A DNA stretch of 64,000 bases, taken from an uncultured delta proteobacterium (lineage in GTDB: Bacteria; Desulfobacterota; Desulfomonilia; Desulfomonilales; Desulfomonilaceae). Below are positions 44,260 through 55,345 of the stretch, piece after piece. Under the pieces are notes generated by a model. It had not been told where the DNA came from and searched no databases. It saw only the letters and a list, made by a program, of their open reading frames with translations. The stretch spans positions 1,024,001 to 1,088,000 of the forward strand of contig CAWBKB010000003.1 in NCBI GenBank assembly GCA_963789265.1, written 5' to 3'. Each line of letters begins with the position of its first letter. Position 1 is the stretch's first letter. A program made the translations under genes and the position numbers.

Positions 44260-44685
44260 TCAAATGAGAAGCACAGTTGATTGGACTGCATGAAGAGATT
44301 GACTACATAGGCGAGAATGGCGGGAATTGTAGGCACATGGCGGAATAAAGGAACGTTCGGAATGGAGACCTGCTAGAGCCACATATTGGGCTCCTTGCAA
44401 CTTCAATGTCACCTTTGTGGCTGACGCGTTTTGGTTCAACGCGGTCAGCGATATGGGGACATCAAAGCAGGAGTCACACGTCCCACTGCAAGGGCTCACA
44501 AGGCAGTGATCTCCGGATTGGGTTGCGGAAGATAGAAAGCCACAACAACACACCGGCCACTCTACCTTCACGTGTCCGCTTGACTCAAAACACCACACCA
44601 GATGAGGTTGGGCAAGTGCAGCCACTGCAAGACACATTAAAATCCTGAGCTTTGTCTCGCGTATCGGTGTTAGAAATCTACTCAT
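44260..44685 (-). CDS. Cys/His-rich small protein leading the czc operon (CzcI-like position)
   Basis: VWCFESSGH, CCCG, HC..PC..TCDSCFDV and the C-terminus STVLLI. Confidence 0.6.
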   Translation of the reverse strand: MSRFLTPIRETKLRILMCLAVAALAQPHLVWCFESSGHVKVEWPVCCCGFLSSATQSGDHCLVSPCSGTCDSCFDVPISLTALNQNASATKVTLKLQGAQYVALAGLHSERSFIPPCAYNSRHSRLCSQSLHAVQSTVLLI

Positions 44686-44900
44686 GATTGTTCTGCCCAG
44701 CCCTATCTCCCAATTCAACCATTTCTAACTCGGGAACACATGCGCCCCGAACCGGGAATCTGGCACGGGACCATAACAGTCTGTGGTGGAGCTGTCAATT
44801 TGTTTGCGGATTTTGTTGAAAATCTCGGATGTTGAAGTATCCAGTGGTATCTTTTGGAATCGTGAGAGTTTCATGAGGATCGGACGGCCGTCTCCACTAA

Positions 44901-45389
44901 TCAAAGCCTGAGAATCATGGTTAATTCTCTTTCGCCATGATCCATGGCCGTGAATCCGGAGTTTCGATAAAGTCGTATAGCTCTGAAATTGAACGATTCG
45001 ACGGTGAGCCAGAGCCTTCTCAATCCGATAGTCTTTGCGTCGTCAATGGCTAATTGCGTAAGGGCAGTACCGAGTCCGCGATTGCGAAAAGGTTCGCTGA
45101 CAAATATTACGTATTCTCCATCACTTCTGTCAAAATCCGGAATTACGGCTGCATGCCCCACGGCATTCCCTTCCGACCAAGCCAGGAAGTTTCTGCCGAA
45201 TTCTAAAAGCTTTTCAATCCACCTGTCCCTGACTTCTTTTTGCGCGGGTGGAAGCCCTTGACTTATAGCCAACCTCGGGAACCCGTCATACATTTTCTTG
45301 ATTTCAGATGAAGATTCAGGGTTGCATTTGCCTACTTCAAATGGGCAGCCCGTCTTGTCAACTCTGGAGATACGGCTAAGCGAGGTCAT
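44901..45389 (-). CDS. GNAT acetyltransferase, paralogue of 31361-31868
   Basis: SQGLPP, FRNRGLGT and WLTVESFNFRAIRLY. Confidence 0.9.
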   Translation of the reverse strand: MTSLSRISRVDKTGCPFEVGKCNPESSSEIKKMYDGFPRLAISQGLPPAQKEVRDRWIEKLLEFGRNFLAWSEGNAVGHAAVIPDFDRSDGEYVIFVSEPFRNRGLGTALTQLAIDDAKTIGLRRLWLTVESFNFRAIRLYRNSGFTAMDHGERELTMILRL

Positions 45390-45608
45390 TTCGCTTTTCC
45401 AGACCTGATGGATTTTGATTTGCAGCCCGGCAAAGACCTCAATGACCCTATTGTGAGTAGCATCATCGGCTCTCCGGAGAGGCTCGGGCGCAATACAACC
45501 GCTGGATCAGACTAGATAAACATTACCAACTGTATCGTCCAGCCAATATATCATCAACGGTTCCGAGCGGTCAAACCGGCCATCACAAATGGTGAGTTCG
45601 ATTCTCGA

Positions 45609-45820
45609 TTACAGCAATTGTTTGAACTCTTCAGGTGTAAGGCGGCGTCACGTACAATACCGCCCATAGTATATGCGTTTACCGGATCATGCCGGGGAAT
45701 AATAAGAATTCTGTGGCCATCCGACATGACGACGTGTTTCCCCTGACGTACAATAAGAAAGCCGGCCTTTTGCAAAGCACGTACGGCAGCCAAGTGGTCA
45801 ATGCCGGGAATTTTGCCCAT
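45609..45820 (-). CDS. hicA: HicA toxin; frameshift near 45640
   Basis: LQKAGF..VRQGKH...IPRH; the typical end LTPEEFKQLL* is in the shifted frame. Confidence 0.85.
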
Positions 45821-45824
45821 GAGG

Positions 45825-46022
45825 TTATACTGCTACCTCTATTTCACGGACTTCCGCATCAGGGAACAAGTCGTTTATGGCCGCCAAATACTCATGAATT
45901 GCATCTCGGATATTTTCGATGGCCTCCTCCTCCGTAACTCCCTGGGACCAACATCCCGGAAGACCTGGAACAGAGACACTATAACCTTCCTCTGAATGCC
46001 GAAGTACTACTTTATATTTCAT
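45825..46022 (-). CDS. hicB: HicB antitoxin (short form)
   Basis: GYSVSVPGLPGCWSQGVTEEEAIENIRDAI. Confidence 0.9.
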   Translation of the reverse strand: MKYKVVLRHSEEGYSVSVPGLPGCWSQGVTEEEAIENIRDAIHEYLAAINDLFPDAEVREIEVAV

Positions 46023-46314
46023 GTTGGGATTCTCACTTCTATCTCTATCGCTTCCCAGGAAGTTCGCACGGCCCAACTACCAGAAACATTCCCTTCTCGC
46101 CCTGGAATGTCCGATATTTAAGTGGCCTTCGCCGTGGACATAAGTAAGTTCTCACGGAAAATTGGATAACACAAGCCGAACAAACATTTTCGTCACAAAA
46201 TCTTTGGTGAGTCCAAGCGTAGTATTGCGTTAATTTACAGGGGGTCTCGGGTGGGCATACGGATTAGATCATTTCGGAGCGGTTTGGTGACTAATTCTCT
46301 GAGACGTCAAATAA

Positions 46315-46373
46315 TGAAGACAGGGCGTCTCGCACGCGCTTAGATCGCCGACGTTGCGAGACACCTGTCTTCA
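46315..46373 (-). terminator. Hairpin downstream of acs
   Basis: tgaagacagggcgtctcgca ... tgcgagacacctgtcttca inverted repeat. Confidence 0.6.
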
Positions 46374-46385
46374 CACTTTTGTTTG

Positions 46386-48350
46386 CTATTTGATCTCGAC
46401 ACGCTGCTTCACAAGGTTTTCCACAACTGACGAATCCGCGAGAGTGGTGATGTCCCCAAGCTCTTCAATCTGGCCAGCGGCTATTCTCTTCAGGATACGT
46501 CTCATGATTTTTCCGCTGCGGGTTTTGGGCAAGCCATCAGCCCATTGAATCACGTCCGGGGTCGCTATAGGACCGATTTGGGTCCGCACGAGCTTGACCA
46601 GTTCCTTCTTCAGATCTTCCGACTTCGGCACTCCGGTATTAAGGGTGACAAAGGCATAAATGCCTTGCCCTTTTATCGGATGCGGAAAGCCGACTACCGC
46701 GGCTTCTGCCACGTCGTTGTGAAGCACGAGGGCAGATTCCACTTCCGCAGTTCCCATACGATGCCCTGAAACGTTGATGACATCGTCGATGCGGCCGATA
46801 ATCCAGTAATAACCATCTTCATCCTTCTTGGCGCCGTCCCCGGTAAAGTACAGCCCCGGGACCCGCGAGAAGTAGGTTTCCCTGAAACGTTCATGATCGC
46901 CGAAAACGGTTCTCATCATCCCCGGCCAGGGCCTCTTTATGAAAAGAGCCCCTTCTTCGTTCGGATACTTGACCTCTTCGCCGGTTTCAGGGTCCAGAAT
47001 AACCGGATCGACCCCGAAGAATGGGAAAGAGCAGGAACCGGGCTTGATTGGGGCTACCCCAGGCAGCGGGGTCATCAACTGTGCACCTGTTTCTGTTTGC
47101 CACCATGTGTCCACAATTGGACACCAATCACGCCCTACATAATGATAATACCATCTCCATGCTTCGGGGTTGATGGGTTCCCCAACCGTTCCGAGAAGCT
47201 TGAGACTGGAGATATCATGTTTCTCTACATGGGTGCTGCCTTCTTTGGCCAAGGCACGTATGGCCGTCGGCGCGGTATAAAATTTGTCAACATGGAGTTT
47301 CTCAACTATGGCCCAGAATCGGTCAAAATCCGGATAGCTGGGAACGCCTTCGAACATCACGCTGGTGAATCCGCAGCACAGCGGCCCGTAAACTATGTAA
47401 CTATGACCGGTCACCCAGCCGATGTCCGCTGTGCACCAAAACGTTTCCTGAGGCTTCAGATCGAAGACCAGCTTGGTGGTCATGGCAACATTTAGCAAGT
47501 ACCCGGCCTGTGTGTGCAACACGCCCTTGGGTTTCCCGGTACTGCCGCTTGTGTAAAGGATATACAGGGGGTCTTCCGCATCCATGCGCTCCGGTTCCAC
47601 ATAGGATGGCAGAGATGGATCAGACATCAGTTCGTGCCACCATAATTCCTTTTTTGGATCGAGCTGGAGATTCAAGCTCGGGACTCGGCTAAATACAATG
47701 ACCTTTTCCACCGCGGGACATCGCTTCAATGCCTCGTCAACATTTGCTTTCAAGTTGAGATGCTTGCCCGCCCGGTAGCCGCCGTCGACTGTCACTACCA
47801 TCTTCGCCTTGCAATCTTCGATCCGGCTCGCGATGGATTCCGCGCTGAAACCGCCGAATATAACGCAGTGGATCGCCCCGATTCTGGCACAAGCCAACAT
47901 CGCTATGGGGAGTTCCACAATCATCGGCATGTAGATGATCACTCGGTCTCCCTTTTTTATGCCCTGAGCCTTGAGTACGGCCGCGAATTTGTTGACTTCC
48001 TTGTAAAGTTCCAGGTAGGTCACGACCCTGGATTCGGCGGGATCGTCTGCTTCCCAGTAGTAGGCCACTTTATTTCGTAGCTGGTCCAAGTGTCTGTCCA
48101 AGCAGTTGTAAGTGACGTTAAGGACGCCTCCGCCGAACCATTCAATGTTGGCCTTCTCGAAGTCGTAGCGGAGCACGAAATCCCAATCCTTGTACCAGGA
48201 AATATATTCCTTGGCTGCTTCACCCCAGAAGTTGTCTACGTCTTCAAGTGAGCGCCTGTACAGTTCCTTGTACTCCTCCATGCTTTTGATGTACGCGATC
48301 TTTCGATACTCCTCCAGATGGGCGTCGTACCATTTGGGAGCATTCTCCAT
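46386..48350 (-). CDS. acs: Acetyl-CoA synthetase (canonical)
   Basis: [32 protein letters not shown] and [21 protein letters not shown]. Confidence 0.96.
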   Translation of the reverse strand: MENAPKWYDAHLEEYRKIAYIKSMEEYKELYRRSLEDVDNFWGEAAKEYISWYKDWDFVLRYDFEKANIEWFGGGVLNVTYNCLDRHLDQLRNKVAYYWEADDPAESRVVTYLELYKEVNKFAAVLKAQGIKKGDRVIIYMPMIVELPIAMLACARIGAIHCVIFGGFSAESIASRIEDCKAKMVVTVDGGYRAGKHLNLKANVDEALKRCPAVEKVIVFSRVPSLNLQLDPKKELWWHELMSDPSLPSYVEPERMDAEDPLYILYTSGSTGKPKGVLHTQAGYLLNVAMTTKLVFDLKPQETFWCTADIGWVTGHSYIVYGPLCCGFTSVMFEGVPSYPDFDRFWAIVEKLHVDKFYTAPTAIRALAKEGSTHVEKHDISSLKLLGTVGEPINPEAWRWYYHYVGRDWCPIVDTWWQTETGAQLMTPLPGVAPIKPGSCSFPFFGVDPVILDPETGEEVKYPNEEGALFIKRPWPGMMRTVFGDHERFRETYFSRVPGLYFTGDGAKKDEDGYYWIIGRIDDVINVSGHRMGTAEVESALVLHNDVAEAAVVGFPHPIKGQGIYAFVTLNTGVPKSEDLKKELVKLVRTQIGPIATPDVIQWADGLPKTRSGKIMRRILKRIAAGQIEELGDITTLADSSVVENLVKQRVEIK

Positions 48351-49272
48351 TTAATGACCCTCCTCTTTTGTTTTTTCGTCGGGGAACCGGCACGGAGCAA
48401 GGCGACGTGTCGGCGGTCCGGCGTGGAATTCTTTGGAGCAATGCTGAATGCGGACTGTCATCGGGGACACAGCACGGCCTTAGGCGTGTGTCCTTCCAGC
48501 GTCTCCTATTTGCAGCAGACTGCCGACGAGCGGCTGGAGACCAAGCCTAGCAGTCAACTGCTGCTACAGCCAAACATTAGGAATCCAATTTTAGAGTTGT
48601 TGAGGACCTCATGGTCCCGCCACCGCACGGTCGCTCCCTAAAAGGACTTATCCAAGCGCAGATCAACCGCGTCGGATAGACTCCAAATATCGCCTGAAAG
48701 ATTTATCAAAATTTCCGTAGAGTATGATTTCGGAAGGCTGGTGGACACGTCGAGACCCGTTGCACACTCGCCGGGCCGTCTCTTAGGAAGGAAAAACGCC
48801 ATCCTCACCTGCGTTACGGAAATATGCTTGACTGCACATCCGGATCGTGAAATTCCCCGTTCTTGGAGGACGTTGCACAAGAGTTCACTATAATATACTA
48901 TCGGAGGGAGCTTAATCGGTATGGGGACCAAATGTCAAGCAAGATCACCACAAAAAGTTTCGGGCTTTTTGCCGGGCCGGAAACCTTCCACAAATCAAAT
49001 CATTGTCCGGAGATCTCAAGTTCTCACCGGCCGACCGTCAAGCAAGGGCACGGCCATTGGTGCTTTTCCGGCCTTCTAATGATATGGTAAGGACGGTTTA
49101 GAGGGGCCGAGGTCCGTTCCGGACTGTTCAGCAGCCCGTTGCTTCTCAGAATTCGGCACAACCTCGAAGGGAAGGCCTCACTCACCTCATAGGGGGCCTC
49201 TAGTCCGCCGAGGCGCTGCGCTTCAAATTGAGGCTTGAAAAGTTCAAGTCATTCCCGTCCGTAAGCAAGAGC

Positions 49273-51219
49273 ATGAAGACAAGTGTTAATAGCTACGCGG
49301 TAGTTCCCGGTGCGGTTTTGCAATTCCTGGGCCGAACCATGCCGTTTAGCGAACTCGACCGTACGATCCTCGAAAACTTGTGCAGAGAATGCACCCTTGA
49401 GCATTTTCCCAAGGGATCGTTGATCCTAAAACAGGATGTAACTGACATCACGCATGTCTATCTAATTCAGACCGGCGGCGTGCGGATGAGCATGACTACG
49501 GACGCCAAAGTCGTTACGTTAAAGGAATACGGCGGGGAAGGAGCCTCATTTGGGGCTTCTTCGATCGTAGACGGGGAAAAGGCGTCATTTGACGTGGAGG
49601 CTGTGGAAGACACGTTCTGCCTTCTGATTCCCAGAGAGATATTCCTGTCTCTAATGAGTCAAAACCCTCGTCTGGCCGCTTACTACGACGAACACATCTC
49701 CGAAGACATGATGGGCGTGGTTTATTCCGAGTTAAGAACGGAGAAGGTCAGTCTTAGGGCGGAAGGATCTCTTCATCTATTCAACACCAGGGTAGTGGAC
49801 ATTATCAAACATCGGCCGGAAGTGGTGCAAGCGTCGGCATCGGTCCGGCAAGTGGCAGCGCTGATGGCAAAACAGGGGGTAAGTTCCTTGTTGGTCGAAG
49901 ACCTGTCCGGCAAGGCCATCGGCATAGTGACGAACTTGGATCTCAGAACCAAAGTGGTAGCCAAAGGGCTGGATTATGAAGCTTCGGTGGACCGGATCAT
50001 GTCTTCTCCGGTCAAGGTTGTCCCTGCCCTCGCCTTTTGCTTCGAGGCCCTCGTCACAATGATTCAGGAGCAGGTGGACTACCTTGCAGTAGAACATCGA
50101 AGAGAGATCATCGGTTTAATTAATGCCCGGGACATGATGGTGCATCTTGGATCTTCTCCACTCTATCTTTTCCGCGAGATCTCCACTCAACGAACCGTTC
50201 AAGGGCTTTACGGTCTGTCCAGGAAGGTGCCGATCCTCGTTCGAAGCTTGCTAGAGGCGGGCGCTAGGGCTGCCAGTGTCACCCAGATGCTCACCGTGTT
50301 CAGCGATCATCTTCTTAACCGCATTCTCACACTTATAGCGGAAGACTTGGGAGATCCCCCCTGTTCGTTTTGTTGGCTCGGTTTAGGTAGTGAAGGCCGG
50401 AGAGAACAGACATTCCGAACAGATCAGGATAATGCACTTGTCCACGAATCATTGCTTGACCCTGGGGATTGGAAGAAAGCTCAAGAGTATTTTCTCGCCT
50501 TTGCGACTCAGGCAGTAGAACATCTTGAAAAATCCGGAAATCCGCGGTGCAAAAACAACTTCATGTCTTCCAATCCACGCTGGTGCAAGGATTTCAAATC
50601 ATGGGTCAAATGTTTTGACGAGTGGATAACGACGCCAATGCCGCCGGACATATTCCTTTCGACAATATTCTTTGATTTCCGCTCTGTGGCGGGAAGCGCT
50701 TATCTTGCGGAGGACCTCCGGACAAGTGTGCTAAAAAGAGCCGGAAAGTACCATAACTTCTTAAAATACTTCCTCAAATATTTCTTATTGAACGAACCGC
50801 CCGTAACATTTTATGCAGATTCTGTTGTGGAAAAAGACGATACGAAGGTTGAAGTACTGGATCTAAAAACAAGGACCCTGACTCCCTTTGTGGAATTTGC
50901 GCGCATCATGTCTCTGCGACACGGGATCAGAGAAACTAACACGTTGGCAAGGCTTAGACATCTCGCGGATAAAGGCCACATATCGCTGGACTTGTACACT
51001 GATGCGAGTCAAGCTTACGAGTTCGACATCCATCTTACCCTGGTGCACCAACTCAAAATGGTGGAGATGGGCCGAAAGCCGGAAAACTTTGTATTGGCCG
51101 CAGACCTGTCCGAACTGGAGAGAAAAACTCTACAATTTTCTTTTTCGGTGATACAGGAACTGATGACGCATGTGAGACGCGAGTTTCAACAAGGGTCCCC
51201 TGAGCCTCGCGTGAGATAG
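49273..51219 (+). CDS. cNMP-CBS-DUF294 nucleotidyltransferase-like protein
   Basis: cNMP domain, CBS pair, GSEGRREQTFRTDQDNAL and IFFDFR. Confidence 0.9.
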   Translation: MKTSVNSYAVVPGAVLQFLGRTMPFSELDRTILENLCRECTLEHFPKGSLILKQDVTDITHVYLIQTGGVRMSMTTDAKVVTLKEYGGEGASFGASSIVDGEKASFDVEAVEDTFCLLIPREIFLSLMSQNPRLAAYYDEHISEDMMGVVYSELRTEKVSLRAEGSLHLFNTRVVDIIKHRPEVVQASASVRQVAALMAKQGVSSLLVEDLSGKAIGIVTNLDLRTKVVAKGLDYEASVDRIMSSPVKVVPALAFCFEALVTMIQEQVDYLAVEHRREIIGLINARDMMVHLGSSPLYLFREISTQRTVQGLYGLSRKVPILVRSLLEAGARAASVTQMLTVFSDHLLNRILTLIAEDLGDPPCSFCWLGLGSEGRREQTFRTDQDNALVHESLLDPGDWKKAQEYFLAFATQAVEHLEKSGNPRCKNNFMSSNPRWCKDFKSWVKCFDEWITTPMPPDIFLSTIFFDFRSVAGSAYLAEDLRTSVLKRAGKYHNFLKYFLKYFLLNEPPVTFYADSVVEKDDTKVEVLDLKTRTLTPFVEFARIMSLRHGIRETNTLARLRHLADKGHISLDLYTDASQAYEFDIHLTLVHQLKMVEMGRKPENFVLAADLSELERKTLQFSFSVIQELMTHVRREFQQGSPEPRVR

Positions 51220-51316
51220 CTTACGTATCTTGATCGCGAGTGATTCGGAGCCGAGGATTTCAAATGAAGGCAGGCGGCCGACACTCCGAAGATTAAGCAA
51301 AGATAGAGGGAAGTCA

Positions 51317-53249
51317 ATGGAGAAGCAAAACGAGATTCCCGCAGCAGATCCGGCAGCCGTGCTGGAATTCCTTAGCCGCACGCGTCCTTTCAAAGATCTG
51401 GAGCCTTCTATCTTGAAGGAGGTTTCGGAAAAAGTTACCCAGGATTTTTATCCAAGAGGGACGATTATTCTCGAACAAGGCGTTAGTGAAGTAACTCACT
51501 TCCAACTCGTGACGCGAGGAGGAGTCAAGATCCAGCATATAGACCCGGATGGCTCGGCTAAGCTTGTAGATTTTATTGGGGAACGAGGCTATTTTGGGGC
51601 CCTTGGCATTATAAAGCAATCCCGGTCCAATCACATGGTTCAGGCCGAAGAGGACACTTTTTGCTATCTCCTGGAAAGAGAAATGTTTCTCAGGCTGGTC
51701 CATAGTTATCCTCCCTTTGCACAGGTCCTATCTGGATAGGTTTTCAGGGGACGTGCTAGGCGCGGCGTACACTGAGATGCGAGATCAAAAGAGGATTCGA
51801 TCAAATCGAGGTGGCCTGTTCCTATTCACAGCCAGAGTTAAAGATATCGTCAAGAGACCGGCTGAAGTTATAAACGGGCATGAAACGGTTCAGGCGGCCG
51901 CCCGCAAAATGGCCGATCTATCCCTGGGCTCTTTACTGGTACTGGACCAGGCCGGAAAAGTGGTGGGAATCGTCACGGACAACGATCTTAGAACCAAAGT
52001 GGTGGCGAAGGGCTTGGATTATGGCAGTTCGGTCCAATCCGTAGCCACTGCTCCGGTCAAATTCGTGCCCGACACTGCACCGGCTTTCGACGCGTTGCTG
52101 CAGATGATGAATCAACGGGTGCACCATCTCGCTGTGGAACGAGATGGAGATCTCATCGGCATGATTACGGCTCACGACATAATGATCCAGCAGGGGACCT
52201 CGCCTATCTCTCTTTTCAGAGAGATCGTGTCGCAGCGTACCATTGAGGGGCTCTACTCTCTCGGGGAAAAAGTGCCTCTTGTTGTTGCAACTCTCATTCA
52301 GGAAGGCGGCAAAGCCCAAGATATCACGAGAATGGTGGCTGCTCTAAACGACCACATAGTTACTCGCGTGTTGGCGTTGCTGGAAGAAGAGATCGGGCCC
52401 GCCCCATATCGTTGGTGCTGGCTCATGTTGGGCAGCGAAGGGCGTCTCGAGCAAACCTTTGCTACCGATCAAGACAATGCCTTGCTTTACGAGAACCCGC
52501 CGGACGACTGGGAACGCATCAAAACAGCTAAACTGTACTTCCGCAGATTTGGAAACGAAGCTGTCAAGCATCTTGAAGCGTGTGGGTACGCTCTGTGCAA
52601 AGGAAAGATGATGGCCTCCACGCCCAATTGGCGCAAGCCTTCCAAAGTTTGGCAAGGTTATTTTGACCGTTGGATGACATCTCCGGAGCCTCAGGCAGTC
52701 CTTCATGCCACCATATTCTTCGACTTCCGGCCAGGTTATGGCAGTTTTTCCCTCGGAGACCGCCTAAGAGAATATGTGGCGGAAGTGGCCCCGAGAAGAG
52801 AACTCTTCCTCATGCATCTCGCCAAAGATTGCCTCACCGGCAGAGCCCCCCTGACCTTTTTCAGAGAATTTGTAGTGGAGAAAGACGGCCAGCACAAGAA
52901 CCGCCTTGATCTCAAAACTAGAGGACTGGTTCCCTTCGTAGATTTTGCACGCGTCATGTCATTGAAATACGGTGTTAAGGAAACTAACACCCTTGCCAGA
53001 TTGAAGGCTCTGGCGGATGGCGAGCGTATTCCACGAGGTTTCTACGCGGAGGTACGCGAAGCCTACGAATTCCAGATGCAGGTACGCCTTGTTCATCAGC
53101 TCAGAAGGCTTTTAGCCGGGCTGACCCCGGACAATTACATTGATCCGGTGGATTTGACCGACACAGAGAAACAAACTCTTAAGGAGGCATTCGGCGTCAT
53201 CAATAGCATACAGACGCTTCTAAAAGAAGATATCAGAATCGTGGAATAG
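51317..53249 (+). CDS. Second cNMP-CBS-DUF294 protein; frameshift near 51730
   Basis: cNMP part in 51317-51739; CBS and GSEGRLEQTFATDQDNAL in the next frame. Confidence 0.88.
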
Positions 53250-53295
53250 CAACCGCTCATGAGACGGTTCTGTCACCCGATGAGGGAGAATTTCT

Positions 53296-54003
53296 GTGAA
53301 ATTGAAGTGGCCATGGATTCGCAAGGATAAGCACTCCGCAATCGTTGCAAATCACCGGCGCTTCGAGAAATTTGACCGGACTAGGCCTATCGAAAGCTAT
53401 CAATTTGTCTCTCTTGACACCGAACTGACCGGACTCAATCTGCGTCGCGATGCAATAGTGTCTATCGGGGCAGTGCGCATAGATGGCTTGCAAATAATCA
53501 CAGGGGAAACCTTTTTTTCGTACGTGAAACCTCAGCAGTCCATGCCCAAGGCGAGCACACTAATACACCGGATAACTCCGGATCAGATCGAAAGTGCACC
53601 GGAGCTGAGAAAGGTTTTGCCCGATTTTGTGGATTTCCTTCATGGCGCTCTGTTGGTAGGTCATTTCATCGGACTTGACCTGGCGTTCATAAACAGGGCA
53701 GCACGGAGGCTTATGGGCGGGCCATTGCGAAACCCTTGCCTGGATTCCATGAAGCTGGCCCAGGTCTATGAAGAGCGGCAGCGAGGGAGCTATTACGACA
53801 GGATTGAAGTGGCGGCTGGATACAACCTTAAAACGCTCTCGAGAAAATACCGTCTGCCGACATTCGAACAGCACGATGCCCTTGGAGACGCGTTCCAGGC
53901 TGCGTGTTTGTTTGTATTCATAGTCAAAAAGATGCAAGGGTTCGGATGCAAAACTCTCGTAGATCTTCATACAATGAGCAGAAGCAGCTTGGGGCTGATT
54001 TGA
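53296..54003 (+). CDS. DEDDh 3'-5' exonuclease (DnaQ-like)
   Basis: LDTELTG, GHFIGLD and HDALGDA. Confidence 0.92.
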   Translation: MKLKWPWIRKDKHSAIVANHRRFEKFDRTRPIESYQFVSLDTELTGLNLRRDAIVSIGAVRIDGLQIITGETFFSYVKPQQSMPKASTLIHRITPDQIESAPELRKVLPDFVDFLHGALLVGHFIGLDLAFINRAARRLMGGPLRNPCLDSMKLAQVYEERQRGSYYDRIEVAAGYNLKTLSRKYRLPTFEQHDALGDAFQAACLFVFIVKKMQGFGCKTLVDLHTMSRSSLGLI

Positions 54004-54050
54004 ATCTCTTATGCCAGTGCGCGATCAAACGGTGAACAATCAACGGAATA

Positions 54051-54165
54051 CGGCACGGATCCGACAAAGCCTCCCGCGGGACGCGGGATGGCACCCATGA
54101 CCCGATATTGACTGGATGTTGGGTGCCACTGACCTGAGCACCATCATGGCGCCAGGTCAGTGCCC
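54051..54165. repeat. REP-like inverted repeat cluster
   Basis: ggcac...tggcaccc / gggtgccactgacctg...caggtcagtgcc, between convergent genes. Confidence 0.65.
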
Positions 54166-54208
54166 TTTCCTATCGCCCCATTCTCACTTGCTTGAAAGCG
54201 AATCGGTA

Positions 54209-54760
54209 TTACTTTCGTCTTGAAGGATTTTGACCGGTACTCTGGTCCGTAAGCTTCTGAAGTCGCTCAACAGTTTCCTCGAGCTCTTTGTTTCTAGCTT
54301 TGAGTGCCTCCTCCGCCTTCAGCTTTTCCTCCTTGAGACGAATAGTCTCGAAAGCAAGATCCACCAATTCGACAAGCTCAGGAGGATCCACTGGTTTGCG
54401 CAGGTAATAAAAAGCTCCTTTCTCAATGGCAAGGACCGCCGAGTCCACGTCGGCGTATGCCGTCATGAGTATGCAGGTAATTCCAGGAGCCACACCGTTC
54501 AATTCAGACAGGAGCGCGGTGCCGGACCCGTCCGGTAGCTTGAGGTCCACTATGGCCAGGCTAGGTAATGCCTCTTGAGCCATTTCGGTCGCCCTGGCCC
54601 TTGTGGAAGCCAGAAGAATGTCATAGCCCTCACCCTCCAGGATATCTTTAAGGCTATCACTTAAGCTTTCGTCATCATCCACTATGAGAATTCTGCGAGC
54701 GTTTTCACTGGGCGGCCTCTTGTTCGGAAAAATCTTCCTCAAGAAACTCGTCATCGTCAT
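54209..54760 (-). CDS. Response regulator receiver with coiled-coil tail, no DNA-binding domain
   Basis: ILIVDDD, IVDLKLPDG, MTAY and LRKP. Confidence 0.9.
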   Translation of the reverse strand: MTMTSFLRKIFPNKRPPSENARRILIVDDDESLSDSLKDILEGEGYDILLASTRARATEMAQEALPSLAIVDLKLPDGSGTALLSELNGVAPGITCILMTAYADVDSAVLAIEKGAFYYLRKPVDPPELVELVDLAFETIRLKEEKLKAEEALKARNKELEETVERLQKLTDQSTGQNPSRRK

Positions 54761-54925
54761 GGTCTTTCCCTTCCTTTGAATCGCCGCTATTTGGCAGGTG
54801 TTTCACGAATCCGAGGAATCGTGATCGAGCCAAGGCGGCAGACCGAAAAACGTCAGCTCGATATCACGCGGCAGAGCTAAAGTTGTCGAATGAAAAATGG
54901 ACTCGCTTAGGTACTTGTACCTCGC

Positions 54926-55345
54926 CTATTCGACTCGGAAAGCACATTCTATCGCATCCAGTAGCAGAGCGATCCGGAAGGGCTTTTTGAGAACCGCGAA
55001 TGCTCCCGCCTCCTCGGCCCTGCGGATCAGATGTTCCATTAAATGCGCTGTGCACATTATAACTCGTATGCCCGGTCTGTACCTCTTCATTTCTATGAAA
55101 GTCGCAACACCGTCCAGCCCCGCCATTTTTATGTCCATGACCACAACCGGAAAATATTCGGATCGAATCCGGGCCAGGGCCTCCTCACCGCTAACTGCGG
55201 TAATCACTGCATAGCCTTCACTTTCCAATACGTCGCGGGCACTGTCAAGGAAAAGCTCATTGTCGTCAACTAGAAGGATGCGCCTTTTCACAGTGATATC
55301 CTCCGATCCGGATAGTCCTGGAGGTCTGCTCGTGAGATGGCTCAC
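54926..55345 (-). CDS. Single-domain response regulator
   Basis: ILLVDDN, VMDIKM and LKKPF. Confidence 0.9.
   Translation of the reverse strand: MSHLTSRPPGLSGSEDITVKRRILLVDDNELFLDSARDVLESEGYAVITAVSGEEALARIRSEYFPVVVMDIKMAGLDGVATFIEMKRYRPGIRVIMCTAHLMEHLIRRAEEAGAFAVLKKPFRIALLLDAIECAFRVE

Noticed and set aside
44761..44778. Sigma54 promoter at TGGCACG
   Set aside because: No GC at the -12 position and no gene downstream on that strand.
53296..54003. Replicative dnaQ
   Set aside because: The context (DUF294, actP) points to the symporter-associated DEDDh group.
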